Assembly (NCBI GenBank): GCA_025350815.1
Contig: JANXXE010000006.1
Location: 31,909 to 95,908 of the forward strand
Length of the DNA: 64,000 bases
Direction of reading: 5' to 3'
Source: Myxococcales bacterium
Lineage (GTDB): Bacteria; Myxococcota_A; Polyangia; Fen-1088
A program made the position numbers and the translations under genes. This document shows, piece by piece, positions 37,480 through 47,746 of the stretch (position 1 is the stretch's first letter; every line of letters starts with the position of its first letter). The notes beneath the pieces are model-generated. The model saw nothing but the letters and a program-made list of their open reading frames with translations. It was not told where the DNA came from and made no database searches.

Positions 37480-38553
37480 TTACCGGTCTGCCGTCGGCAA
37501 CCATTCGATGCGCCAGTCGGCGTAGCCCCGAATGGTCTTGCCAGGCGCAGCCACCAGGAGATGGGCTTCCTTCTTCAACCCCCGGGCGTGCAGGTTGTGC
37601 GCGTCGGTCGAGCAGGTCTGGTTCTCCATGCAAAAGAAGGGCTTGGTGGGCGGCGTGTAGACGACCAGATGGGTGAACTCCGGCGAGCCCCCGAGGGTCA
37701 CCCGCAGTCCCATGTCGCGCAGCTCGAAGGCCGGAATCGTCTTCGGCGTCAGTCCCAGATACACATCATCGAGGTCCAGGGCGGGTAACGGCGTCGGCTT
37801 GCGCATGTCGAAACGCGTCCCGGCCACCTGGTCCACCTTGCCGGTGGGCATGACCTCGACCGATTCCATGTGCTCGGGCACCGGCACCTGCAAAAGAACG
37901 TCCTCGCGCTTGCCGGGGACTCGGAAGAAGGGATGCAACGCAAAACCAAAGGGCAGGGTGGTGCTGTCCTTGTTCTGCACCGCGAAGGCGATGTGCAGCC
38001 CCTGCTTGCCGAGCACGAAAGTGACGGTCAGCCGGCTCTTGATGGGAAAGTTTGGAAACTCGGGCTGTGCCGGATCCCAGTCGATAAACAGCTCGGCCGA
38101 CGCGCCGGCACCCGTGGCACCCGTCGCGCCCATCTGCCAAGGGCGGCGCCTGACCAGGCCGTGGATGAAGTTCTTCCCACCGTTGGTCGGCAGCGCAAAT
38201 GATCGGCCCTCGAAGCCAAAGACCGAGCCCCGAACGCGGTTCGGCGTCGGAAACAAGATCATTGTGCCGGCCTGGCCTTGCGCCAGCTTGGCCAGGTTGT
38301 CGGGTTGAACCAGCAATTCCTGCCCGCCGACCTTGAACGAAAACAGATTGGCCCCAGCCGCGGCCGAAACGCGCGCTTCGAGCTGGCGTCGGGGATGGGC
38401 CGCGTCCTGCGCGCGCAGCACGACGATGTCCGAGGCCGCAGCGGCGTCCTTCACGACGTCGACCGAAAATGGCCCGGCGGCGGCGGTGCCATCTGCCCCT
38501 GCACCGGCCCTGAGCGAAATGGCCATCAACGCCCCAAGAACCAGGTTGGTCAT
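37480..38553 (-). CDS. Aldose 1-epimerase family protein with predicted signal peptide
   Basis: LFPTPNRV; IHGLV; ALHPFF; LDDVY; FCMENQT. Confidence 0.85.
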   Translation of the reverse strand: MTNLVLGALMAISLRAGAGADGTAAAGPFSVDVVKDAAAASDIVVLRAQDAAHPRRQLEARVSAAAGANLFSFKVGGQELLVQPDNLAKLAQGQAGTMILFPTPNRVRGSVFGFEGRSFALPTNGGKNFIHGLVRRRPWQMGATGATGAGASAELFIDWDPAQPEFPNFPIKSRLTVTFVLGKQGLHIAFAVQNKDSTTLPFGFALHPFFRVPGKREDVLLQVPVPEHMESVEVMPTGKVDQVAGTRFDMRKPTPLPALDLDDVYLGLTPKTIPAFELRDMGLRVTLGGSPEFTHLVVYTPPTKPFFCMENQTCSTDAHNLHARGLKKEAHLLVAAPGKTIRGYADWRIEWLPTADR

Positions 38554-38639
38554 GCGCGGAACTGTATCGCAGCCCCCGCGGTCGACCAATCGCCCGAATC
38601 GCGGCTGGCGCGATTGCGTATATAGTTCCACCCCAGTTC

Positions 38640-40754
38640 ATGAAGTACAGCGAGCCCCTGTCATTCTCGGTGGTCCGGATCTTTCCTCGGCCTGGCGTCC
38701 TCGCCGCGTTGGCCCTGCTGGCCGCGTGCTCCCGCAACAAGGCCACAGACGTTGCGACCTGCGTCGGCACAGCGGATCTGCCGGGGGTATGCCCTGGCCG
38801 CGGCGTTTACGACCAGCCCGTCACGGTGGAACTCGGCGCGCTGAAGCCCGGGGTCACGCTGAAATACACGCTGGACGGTACGGATCCATCGGCCAAAACA
38901 GGAACCAGCTACACCGTCCCGTTTGCTGTGAAGGGCGCACCCGGACGCGGCGTCGTCGTGTTGAAGGCCATCCTTATCAGCGGCGGCAAAGTGACAGGGC
39001 AACAGGCCGTTCACAGCTACGTTTTTCCCGAGTTCGTCATCCAACAACCCGCGCAACCCGCGGGCCTGCCCGCGATGTGGGGCAACCCGGCCAGCACGCT
39101 GGGTCGCGTCCCGGTCACCACTGCCGACTACGAGATGGATCCCAAAGTCGTCACCCCCGACAACAAGAAGAAGGTCATCGCCGCACTCAAGGCCCTGCCG
39201 ACCGTTTCATTGACGACCACGCCCGACAATCTGTGGAGTCCCGAAACCGGCATCTACATGAACGAACAGGAATCCGGCCCAACCTGGGAGCGCCCCGCCT
39301 CGATGGAATTCTTTCTTCCGTCGGGAAAGAAGGGCGTCCAGGGCAACTGCGGCATCAAGATTCAGGGCGGCAGCAGCGTCACGGAATGGAAATCACCCAA
39401 GCTGTCCATCGAGGCCAAATTCAAGAGCGCCTACGGACTGCCCAGGCTGACCTACCCACTATTCGATGATCGCGGCGCGGTTTCGACCTTCAATACGTTG
39501 ATCTTCGATGCGCACCTGAATCTGACCTGGATTCATCCGACCAGCGAAGATCAGCGATCGCGCGCCGTCTACATCCGCGACGCATACGTGGCGGACCTTC
39601 AGCGCGCCACAGATCCCCGGGGCCTCGGCGTCCACTACCGTTTCGTTCACCTGTTTCTCAACGGCCTTTACTGGGGTGTTTACGACCTGCACGAACGCCC
39701 CGACCAGCATTTCGCCGCTGACTACCTGGGTGGCGCCAGCACGGACTACGATGTCCTCAAACACGACGCCACCGTGCCGACCAACATCGTCAACGGCAAC
39801 ACCGACAATTTTCTCGCCATGTTCGAGCTGGCTTGCCCGGGGGCTGCACAGTGCCAGCCTGCCTGCCCGAACAGCCCCGTCTGTTCACCGGTCTGCCGCG
39901 GCGGCGCACCCTGCACAATTTCGGGCTGCCCCGCCTTCAACGAATGCCTGGGCCTGCGCGACGATCAGAAATACCAGCGGATCCAGAAGTACCTCGATAT
40001 CGACGCCTTCATCAATTACATGATCGTTAACCTTTACGCCGACAATCAGGACTGGGACTACAGCAACTGGTACCTGGCAGGCAACATGAAGGTGCCGAGC
40101 CCGTTGTTTCGTTACTTCAGCTGGGACGCCGAGTGGACGCTGGCCGGGACGGGCTCGATCTTCGATTCCAGCATCGTCACCAACAACGGCAACGTGGCCA
40201 GCCCCGATTCCAGCTTTCACCGGTTGGTCAACAGCCTGCCGGGACCAAAGCCTCGGGAATTGTTTTATGCGCTGCTAGAAAATCCGGACTTCAAAACGCG
40301 CGTCAGCAAACGGGCCGACGAATTGCTGGTCAACCAGGGCGGGGCGTTGACCCCGGACAAGGCGAAGGCGCTTTTCGATGCCCGTCTGGCCGAATTCCGC
40401 CCGGCGGTGCTGGCCGAATCGGCCCGCTGGGGCGACCGGGTGCCGCGAACTTTCCCGCCGGGCTCTACGGATCCCTACGGTCCGACCGACTTCGAGGCCG
40501 AGGTCGACCGCCTTGAAACGACGTTCTTTCCCGAACGCTCGCGCATCGTGCGTGCCCAGATCGCGGCCGGCAAGCCACTGCCGCCCCAGCCCCCGGACGC
40601 TGGGGTCAACGATGACGCGGCCGCGCCGGATGCCGCCAGCGACACCGCCGCGCCGGACAGCGGCGCAGCTGACGCGGGCGTGGACGGCGGCAAGTTGGAC
40701 GCTGCCACGGACCTGCACGTTGACGCCGCTGCGGGCGATCGCCCACAAGGCTGA
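38640..40754 (+). CDS. CotH kinase family lipoprotein with chitobiase/FN3-like domain
   Basis: Lipobox ALLAAC; YTLDGTDP; WERPAS.EF; GIKIQGG.S; LFLNGLYWGVY.L.ER; N.DW..SNW; WDAE; ESARWGD. Confidence 0.8.
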   Translation: MKYSEPLSFSVVRIFPRPGVLAALALLAACSRNKATDVATCVGTADLPGVCPGRGVYDQPVTVELGALKPGVTLKYTLDGTDPSAKTGTSYTVPFAVKGAPGRGVVVLKAILISGGKVTGQQAVHSYVFPEFVIQQPAQPAGLPAMWGNPASTLGRVPVTTADYEMDPKVVTPDNKKKVIAALKALPTVSLTTTPDNLWSPETGIYMNEQESGPTWERPASMEFFLPSGKKGVQGNCGIKIQGGSSVTEWKSPKLSIEAKFKSAYGLPRLTYPLFDDRGAVSTFNTLIFDAHLNLTWIHPTSEDQRSRAVYIRDAYVADLQRATDPRGLGVHYRFVHLFLNGLYWGVYDLHERPDQHFAADYLGGASTDYDVLKHDATVPTNIVNGNTDNFLAMFELACPGAAQCQPACPNSPVCSPVCRGGAPCTISGCPAFNECLGLRDDQKYQRIQKYLDIDAFINYMIVNLYADNQDWDYSNWYLAGNMKVPSPLFRYFSWDAEWTLAGTGSIFDSSIVTNNGNVASPDSSFHRLVNSLPGPKPRELFYALLENPDFKTRVSKRADELLVNQGGALTPDKAKALFDARLAEFRPAVLAESARWGDRVPRTFPPGSTDPYGPTDFEAEVDRLETTFFPERSRIVRAQIAAGKPLPPQPPDAGVNDDAAAPDAASDTAAPDSGAADAGVDGGKLDAATDLHVDAAAGDRPQG

Positions 40755-40766
40755 GTCTCGCCGCGC

Positions 40767-40985
40767 CTACAGCGCTTTGACGGCGCGAACCTTCAAAGTG
40801 GGCCCGGTCATGGCAAAAGACAGTGCCGCGCGGTCCACCGCTCCGTCGATCTCGACCCGGGCGCCGTTCCGGGTCAGCAATGGATCACCGCCGTCCAGCT
40901 CGTAGGTCGCGCCGTCGTCGGCCAGCAATTGAAAATGGCCGCCTTCCAGATCGCTGTGCCGGATCGTGCCGCGAAATTTCGCCAT
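40767..40985 (-). CDS. Small beta-rich hypothetical protein (DUF5818-like, OB-fold-like)
   Basis: MAKFRGTI...DLEGG..QL..DDG..YEL; GARVEIDG; SFAMTGP. Confidence 0.6.
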   Translation of the reverse strand: MAKFRGTIRHSDLEGGHFQLLADDGATYELDGGDPLLTRNGARVEIDGAVDRAALSFAMTGPTLKVRAVKAL

Positions 40986-41019
40986 GGTCCGCGAATGATA
41001 CGCCGGCCAACGGCGCGCG

Positions 41020-43122
41020 TCAGTTCTCTTGCCGCAGGTACCGCGGATCGACAACCAGTGGCAGCTCGTAGGGGATGGCCGTGTACAGGTAACGATAGTG
41101 CGCGTAGATGCCGACCACGCGCTTGACGTATTCGCGGGTCTGCTCGAACGCAATCAATTCGACGAATTCGTCCATCGGGTGCTGCCCGTGCCGGTCACAC
41201 CAGCGCATCATCGCGCCTGCGCCCGCATTGTAGGAACCCGCCGCCAGGGGCACTTGCTCGCGGAACTTCTTGTACAAGGATCCAATGTACGTGGCGCCCA
41301 GCCGCACGTTCACCTCGGGTTCATACAACTGGTCCCCGAAGAATTCCTGTCCCGAGTCCGCCGCAATCTGCCGGGCGGTCGTCGGAATCATCTGCAACAG
41401 GCCGCGCGCATCCGCGTATGAAACCTCGCCGGGGGAATAGCCAGATTCCTTGCGCATGATCGCGTACAGGAACAGATCGGGGTTGCCGGCTGGCGGCCCG
41501 TACGCGTCGACCAGCTCGTGGTAGGCGCGCGGATACGCCGCTTCCCAGACAATCCGGGCGGCACCCTGGGGCGCGGCAGCCAGTGCCGGGGCCCCGCGCA
41601 CCTCGGCCAGCTGATAGGCGCGATGAAAGCCGTTCATGCGCGGGTAGCGATCGAAAAGCAGGGCCAACGTCTGGTCGGCGCCATGGCGCTTGAACAGTCC
41701 CGACTCTTGGCGGCCAAGCTCTGCCCCCGCCTCGTCGGTCAGACCGGCCGCGGCCAGTTCGTCGGCGCGCGCCACCGCCGGATCCCGCACAAGGGCCGCC
41801 TTGATGAAGTCAGGCGCCCCGTCGCGCGCGACCAGTGAAATGCCTGGATCCGCTCCGGCCGCCTGCAGACGCGCACGGGCCAGCAACCCATAGTGGGAAA
41901 GCGGCCAGCGCTGGGCACAGGCCCGCAACAAGGTCAGCGCCTCGTCCGTCCGTCCGGCCTTGGCGGCGATGCGCGCCCGCCAGTACAAGACGCGTTTTGC
42001 AGCGTCGCTGTCACCTGAACCGCCGCCGACCAGCCGCGCGTACCGCGCCAGCGCCTCGGCCGCGTCCGTGGTTTCGTTTAGAAGAAAGTGGGCAAAGGCC
42101 AGATACCAGGCGGCATCGTCCACGAACGGGCTACGGGGAAAGCGCGCCAGGGTCGCGCGCAAACCTGGCAGTGATTCCCGGTAGCGACCCCGATTGAAGT
42201 CCAGCCACCCCGACAGAAACTGCGCCTCGGCGGCCCATTTCGAGCGCGGGAACTGTTCGACCACCTGGTGGTAGCCGGCGATGGCGGCGTCATCCTGGTC
42301 AGCGCGCGACAGCGCCCGGGCGCCGTGAAAGGCCGCCCACGCCGCGGATTCGCCTTTGAGGCGCGACACCGCCCCCAGCAGCAGCCGGGCAGCGAGGGGA
42401 TAGTCCCGCCGCATGCGGTACTTCACCCGGCCCAGCTCAAAGTCGCGCTCCGCAGCGAGATCCGCGGGCAAATCGGCGGCGGCCAACTTGTCGAGCTCGT
42501 CGTGGGCTTCTTGATACTGCCGGCCTTCGGCCAAAATCGCCGCGCGCTTCAAACGGTCCTTGGGTGAGTCCGCCGTGGCTGCATCAGTCGGACCGGAAAC
42601 CGACGCCTGGCCAAGTGCCCGGGCACGGCGGGCGGCTTCATCCGCCAATGGGTGCGCCGGCAATTCCATGTGGATGGCCCAGAACAGCCGATGGGCTTCG
42701 GCGCCGTCCGCCAGCTCAGCCAGATGAAATCGGGCCACGCCGACGTCCACATCATCGGGCACGGCCTTCTTCTTCAGCAACGCGCGATAGGCCGCACCGG
42801 CCGCGCGCCTATCCCCGGCCGCCCACTGACAGTCCGCCGCCCGCCACCCGGCCACGGACGCAAACCGCGAGCCCTTGAGCTGCGCCAGCGCCGCAAAAGC
42901 CGCGCGCGCCTGGGCCAAAGCGCCCGTATAGAAGAAACTTTCGCCCGAAAAATACAGCACGATGTCGCGGTTCAGGGGCAGGCGCGCGCCCAGGCCATCG
43001 AGGACGCGGGCCGCCTGGGCATAGTCACCGGCCCGGAAGGCACGCTGGCCGGCGGCCAGTTGCGCCACCGCGAAGGAGGGCGTGGACGCCACCGCGGCGA
43101 CCAGGAAAAGGGCGGCCAACAT
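41020..43122 (-). CDS. Soluble lytic transglycosylase (SLT domain) with TPR scaffold
   Basis: Signal peptide; AIMRKESGY; A.GLLQMIP.TA; N...G..Y; SYNAG; TREYVKRV. Confidence 0.9.
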   Translation of the reverse strand: MLAALFLVAAVASTPSFAVAQLAAGQRAFRAGDYAQAARVLDGLGARLPLNRDIVLYFSGESFFYTGALAQARAAFAALAQLKGSRFASVAGWRAADCQWAAGDRRAAGAAYRALLKKKAVPDDVDVGVARFHLAELADGAEAHRLFWAIHMELPAHPLADEAARRARALGQASVSGPTDAATADSPKDRLKRAAILAEGRQYQEAHDELDKLAAADLPADLAAERDFELGRVKYRMRRDYPLAARLLLGAVSRLKGESAAWAAFHGARALSRADQDDAAIAGYHQVVEQFPRSKWAAEAQFLSGWLDFNRGRYRESLPGLRATLARFPRSPFVDDAAWYLAFAHFLLNETTDAAEALARYARLVGGGSGDSDAAKRVLYWRARIAAKAGRTDEALTLLRACAQRWPLSHYGLLARARLQAAGADPGISLVARDGAPDFIKAALVRDPAVARADELAAAGLTDEAGAELGRQESGLFKRHGADQTLALLFDRYPRMNGFHRAYQLAEVRGAPALAAAPQGAARIVWEAAYPRAYHELVDAYGPPAGNPDLFLYAIMRKESGYSPGEVSYADARGLLQMIPTTARQIAADSGQEFFGDQLYEPEVNVRLGATYIGSLYKKFREQVPLAAGSYNAGAGAMMRWCDRHGQHPMDEFVELIAFEQTREYVKRVVGIYAHYRYLYTAIPYELPLVVDPRYLRQEN

Positions 43123-43256
43123 CGAGGGCGGATCTTACGCCCGAAACCTTCGCCGGGCGGCGCCGATGTCTTTGCCGCCGCGATTGACCGCGATTGCCTT
43201 TCGATGCGATACGCATGCGAGGGCGACACGCGGTACAGGCCAAGGAGGACATCGTC

Positions 43257-43721
43257 ATGGGCAGCGTCAACAAAGTCATCTTGATTGGGAACCTGGGGGC
43301 CGATCCCGAGTTGAAGTACACGCCAAGCAACCGACCGGTGTGCAACCTCAGCATTGCCACCAACGAAGTTTTCAAGGACAAGAGCGGCGCACGGCAAGAG
43401 CGCACCGAATGGCACCGCGTGACGGTGTGGAGCGAGCAGGCCGAGAACTGCGCGAAGTACCTGGCCAAGGGCCGCATGGCTTATATCGAGGGCCGGTTGC
43501 AGACGCGGTCGTGGGACGACAAGGAAGGCAAGAAACGCTACAGCACAGAGATTGTCGCTGACCGCGTGGTCTTCCTGGGCGGTGGCGGCCCGGGCGAAGG
43601 CGGGGCCCGACGCCCCGGCGGCGCCGGCGGCAAGACCTGGGGCGAGGAATCCGGCCCAGCACCCACCGAGCCCACCGAAGCGGGCGGCCCGCCCCCCGGC
43701 GACGACGATATTCCGTTCTAG
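43257..43721 (+). CDS. ssb: Single-stranded DNA-binding protein
   Basis: [15 protein letters not shown]; TEWH.V; EGRLQTR.W; DDDIPF tail; RBS AAGGAGG. Confidence 0.97.
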   Translation: MGSVNKVILIGNLGADPELKYTPSNRPVCNLSIATNEVFKDKSGARQERTEWHRVTVWSEQAENCAKYLAKGRMAYIEGRLQTRSWDDKEGKKRYSTEIVADRVVFLGGGGPGEGGARRPGGAGGKTWGEESGPAPTEPTEAGGPPPGDDDIPF

Positions 43722-43848
43722 CCGGCGGGCCGCTGGCGTTCTGGCCGCTTCGGAACCACCAAAATCACGCGCTTTACCTGCGACGCGGCGTTTGCCCTTG
43801 CCGAAACCGGGGCCAGTGGGGTCCAATCCCCTACCACTGGGAGGATCC

Positions 43849-45696
43849 ATGTTCTCAAGACCCTGGTTTTGCTCGTTCGGGATCGCGCTGTGTTCGGTCT
43901 CGCTTGGCTTCGGCTGCAATGGATCCTCGCAGCCAGGGGTGGCCGGCGGCACTGACGGGGGCACTGATCGACCGTCGGGCGTGGGCGCCTTTGACGCAAC
44001 CCAAGGCGTCAAGCCTGACACCAGCAGCGTGCTGGGGACGATGGACGCCAAGCCTCCCGTTGAAGCCGGCCCCGACCGTCCCCCACCCGAGATCAGCGCC
44101 CAGGCCAAGCGCATCGTTCCGGGGCGCGCGCGCCTGCTGGGCGGTGGCCTTTCGAGCTGCAGCAACCAGGTTCCCGCGTCGGGCAACGGCGATCGCTGGT
44201 GCGTCTACAGCCAACCCGGCGATTCACTGGGCGCAACCGAGTTGTGGGTCATCAACCTGACCAAGGCCGTCGCGGGAACGGTCAAATGCGACAACACGGA
44301 TCCCAACTGCCGGAGGCTCAGCACGACCTTGTGGACGGGTCAGCCCGGCGGCGGGCCCGCCTATCCGCTGTCCGATCGCTTCGACGGTGACACCCTGATC
44401 TTTCACGCGGACGCCCTGTCCGCACAGACCGACCTGTACCGGGGTCCCGTCTACGCGTGGCGCCCCGGGTGGCAGAAGCCGCGCAAGATCACAGGCCAGA
44501 ACGGAATCTTGTGCACGGGCCATGGCCGGGCCGAGGTGGCCTGGTGCATCGACAACATCAGCCCCGACACCGTGATGCCGACGCAGTTCGATATCACGGC
44601 GGGGCCGCTCTCCGATTCGGACATGACCGTGTTACCGAAGATTGCGCGGATCACGCCCACTCGCAGCAACGACGCCAGGCAGTGGCGGGCGACCTTCAAC
44701 CGCAGTGGCGACTACTTCGCCTACTCGACCGGCGGCGCGGTTATCGCCGAAAAGGAAGCTCTTTACGTTCTCAAGACGGCCGACGCAGGCAAGCCCGATA
44801 TGTATACCAAGATTGGCGACGACATTTCGCGCTGGCTCATATCGAACAACTCGCAGCGCATCTATTACTACAAGAAGTACAACTACGACGTCGACGGCAG
44901 CCCCGCCGGAAATTTGACGGTCGCGGACTTGCCGCTGGGCAACAACGAGCGGACCCTTGTGGGCAAGGTGGGCGCGTTCTTGCTTCTGAACGACGGGACG
45001 GACGCCGACCTCGGGCTCGGCATATTCCAGAATGTCGTGGTCGGGAAGGGCGATTTGAAGTTCATGAAGGACATAACCAAGCCCGACCAGTTGGTCACGG
45101 TTGCTACCAACATCGCCGGTGCGACCCTGTCGCGGGACCTGCGCTTCACCATGTTCGCCAAGGACTTCGACGACACCACGGGAACGTCGGACGCGTTCAT
45201 CGCGAAGAATGACGGCTCGGGACAGTGCACGCTGACGACCGCGTTGACCACGGATTCCAGCTTCGGGGCGCCCTTCAACCCGGGCTCGGGCCTCGCGTTC
45301 TGGGCCGACAAGGTCGACTCCGATCTGGGTCTGGGCGAAGGGTGGCTGGCCAGCCCGGACAACTGCGGCGGCAAGAAGAAGTTCGCGACCAATGTGGATT
45401 TCTGGTTCACGGTCGGCGATCAGGGCCTCATCTACACGGACGAGGGAGACGGCGACGTCGCCAACCTCAAGTACGCGACCACGCCCGGCGGCAAGGAATG
45501 GGTCACCAGCAACATCGTCCGGGTTCAGGATCAGATTGGCCGCATATTCGCCCTGACCCTGCCCAACTACGACACGGCCGTGTTCACCATCGGAAACGGT
45601 GGGTCTGATCGAGTCGGAATCTACGCGTACAGTGCATTCGCCCTGGGCACGCCTGCGGACGCTGGGGCTCGCGATACGGCCGGCACCGATCGTTAA
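43849..45696 (+). CDS. Hypothetical lipoprotein, Cys-containing, possibly beta-propeller
   Basis: Lipobox LGFGC; RBS GGAGG; repeated beta-rich blades; DAG-rich termini. Confidence 0.6.
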   Translation: MFSRPWFCSFGIALCSVSLGFGCNGSSQPGVAGGTDGGTDRPSGVGAFDATQGVKPDTSSVLGTMDAKPPVEAGPDRPPPEISAQAKRIVPGRARLLGGGLSSCSNQVPASGNGDRWCVYSQPGDSLGATELWVINLTKAVAGTVKCDNTDPNCRRLSTTLWTGQPGGGPAYPLSDRFDGDTLIFHADALSAQTDLYRGPVYAWRPGWQKPRKITGQNGILCTGHGRAEVAWCIDNISPDTVMPTQFDITAGPLSDSDMTVLPKIARITPTRSNDARQWRATFNRSGDYFAYSTGGAVIAEKEALYVLKTADAGKPDMYTKIGDDISRWLISNNSQRIYYYKKYNYDVDGSPAGNLTVADLPLGNNERTLVGKVGAFLLLNDGTDADLGLGIFQNVVVGKGDLKFMKDITKPDQLVTVATNIAGATLSRDLRFTMFAKDFDDTTGTSDAFIAKNDGSGQCTLTTALTTDSSFGAPFNPGSGLAFWADKVDSDLGLGEGWLASPDNCGGKKKFATNVDFWFTVGDQGLIYTDEGDGDVANLKYATTPGGKEWVTSNIVRVQDQIGRIFALTLPNYDTAVFTIGNGGSDRVGIYAYSAFALGTPADAGARDTAGTDR

Positions 45697-45765
45697 GTCA
45701 GGGCGACAACGCTCGGTCGCGTTCTTTGCCTGATACCGGGCGCTTGGGTATGATCGGGCAACTCC

Positions 45766-46686
45766 GTGTTGCGCGCGTCTGTATCCTTCGTGGTGGCGGT
45801 TGTTCCGCTGTGTCTGCCGGTGGCAAGCGGCGGCAGCGATGACGCCAGCTTTCGATGGCGTTTGCCACGACCAGACGACGATGCGCCGCTGACGGCCACC
45901 GCACCGCATATCCCGCCTGCGGCGCGACCCTTCCACACCCCGGTCGAGCCGGGCCCCCCGCTGCGCGAGATCGTGTTTTCCTTCGACGATGGACCAGACC
46001 TGCAGGGGACGCCGGCCGTGATGGCGGAACTGGACCGCCGGGGCCTCAAGGGGATCTTCTTCGTCAACGGACGGCACATGGTGGGCAACCGCCCCGATGA
46101 CCTGGCCCGCCGCGAACTGGTTCGCACCCTGGCCAGCCACGGCCACCTTGTCGCCAACCATGGCTTTTCACACAAGAACCTGTGCCGCATGCCCGAGGCC
46201 CTGATTCCCGAGGTCGACGGCAATGCCGAAATTATCGCGCATGCGACAGGCATAAGGCCCGAGCTGTTCCGGTCACCCTACGGCGCCCGCTGCCCCGGCC
46301 TTAGCCGCGCCCTGGCCGAACGCGAGCTGATTTCCGTCGGCTGGGATCTGGACCCGCAGGACTGGCGCAACGGACGGCGGGACAACATCGTTGACTACGT
46401 GGCGACCCACCTGCGCCGCCTGAACAAGCGCGCCATCTTGCTGTTGCACGACACTCATCCCGCGGCGGTTCGCGCCCTGCCGCGCATACTGGACTGGATC
46501 GACGCCGAAAATCAGCGCGTCGCGGGCGTGGGCGGCATCCCCATCCGCGTGCGTGACTATGGCTTTTTCTTTCCCGGCCGCGAACTGCCGCCCACGGGCC
46601 TGGGGCCGATCGTGTCTGACCTGACCGCGTCGCTGACGATGCTGCCCGGGATTGCCCTGGCGCAGGATCGCCTGGGTCTGCGCTAG
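45766..46686 (+). CDS. Polysaccharide deacetylase (CE4/NodB)
   Basis: SFDDGP; NHGFSH; FRSPYG; DP.DW; ILLLHD. Confidence 0.88.
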   Translation: MLRASVSFVVAVVPLCLPVASGGSDDASFRWRLPRPDDDAPLTATAPHIPPAARPFHTPVEPGPPLREIVFSFDDGPDLQGTPAVMAELDRRGLKGIFFVNGRHMVGNRPDDLARRELVRTLASHGHLVANHGFSHKNLCRMPEALIPEVDGNAEIIAHATGIRPELFRSPYGARCPGLSRALAERELISVGWDLDPQDWRNGRRDNIVDYVATHLRRLNKRAILLLHDTHPAAVRALPRILDWIDAENQRVAGVGGIPIRVRDYGFFFPGRELPPTGLGPIVSDLTASLTMLPGIALAQDRLGLR

Positions 46687-46701
46687 CGACAAAACCCCGT
46701 C

Positions 46702-47733
46702 ATGTTTCTGATTCGCGGCGCCGTCGAGGGGGATCTGGATGCGCTGGAACGCATCGCGCGGCACCTGGATTCGGTGAACCTGCCGAACGATCGGGCGCGC
46801 CTGGCCCAGACGGTGGAACGGTCCGGCAAGTCACTCGCGGGCAAGATTGAACACCCCCGGCGCGAGCTGCTGTTCGTCCTGGTCGAATACGACCCCGCGC
46901 GCCTCGGCGGCGAGCAGGTGATCGGGACGTCCATGATCTTCGCCCAACACGGTAGCCGCCGCGCGCCCCACACATTTTTCGATGTGATTGAAGAGGAACG
47001 CTACAGCGAGACGCTGGACCGGCATTTTCACCACCAAGTCCTGCGAATTGGCTACAACTACCAGGGCCTGACCGAGCTCGGCGGCCTGGTCCTGCTGCCG
47101 GAATACCGGGGCCATGCCGAACAACTGGGCAAGTCCCTGTCGTTCGTGCGTTTCCTGTACGTGGCCCAGCACCGCGAGATCTTTTGCGATCAGATGCTGT
47201 CCGAACTGATGCCGCCCCTGCAAGCCGACGGAACCAGCCTGCTGTGGGAGGCGCTGGGCCGCAATTTCACCGGCCTGTCGTACCAGGAGGCCGACAGGCT
47301 GTCGCGAGAGAACAAGGAATTCATCCGCGCGCTGTTTCCTCAGGATCCCATCTATGCGTCGGTGTTGCCGCCGGCCGCGCGGGCATTGATTGGCCAGGTC
47401 GGCCCCCACACCAAGGGCGTCGAGACCATGCTGCGACGAATCGGTTTTTCGTACGCGCACCGCATTGACCCCTTTGATGGCGGGCCGCACTTTCAGGCGA
47501 ACACCGACGAGGTCACGTTGGTCAAGAACTCGCGCCGGGTGTCGGTCGCGGGCGTCACTGACGACGACACCGGCGAGATGGCGTTGGTTTCGCTGGATCT
47601 GACGACCGAGCCTTACTTCCGCGCGGTCCGCACCGCGGTCAGCGTCGGGTCCGGTGGTGTCGTGCTGGGAAAGGCCGCCGCCGCCGCGCTGGGCGTGGCA
47701 GTGGGCGACGTCGTGGGACTGTTGCCGCTATAG
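46702..47733 (+). CDS. astA: Arginine N-succinyltransferase
   Basis: NLP.DR..L; TELGGLVL.PEYR; GK.LS..RFL; W.ALG..F.G..YQEAD.LS..NKEFI; IDPFDGGP. Confidence 0.85.
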   Translation: MFLIRGAVEGDLDALERIARHLDSVNLPNDRARLAQTVERSGKSLAGKIEHPRRELLFVLVEYDPARLGGEQVIGTSMIFAQHGSRRAPHTFFDVIEEERYSETLDRHFHHQVLRIGYNYQGLTELGGLVLLPEYRGHAEQLGKSLSFVRFLYVAQHREIFCDQMLSELMPPLQADGTSLLWEALGRNFTGLSYQEADRLSRENKEFIRALFPQDPIYASVLPPAARALIGQVGPHTKGVETMLRRIGFSYAHRIDPFDGGPHFQANTDEVTLVKNSRRVSVAGVTDDDTGEMALVSLDLTTEPYFRAVRTAVSVGSGGVVLGKAAAAALGVAVGDVVGLLPL

Positions 47734-47746
47734 TGGGACGGAACCC

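Noticed and set aside
43813-43840. Hairpin CCAGTGG...CCACTGG next to the lipoprotein RBS
   Set aside because: 7-bp GC stem is unremarkable in this genome; no riboswitch consensus or U-tract
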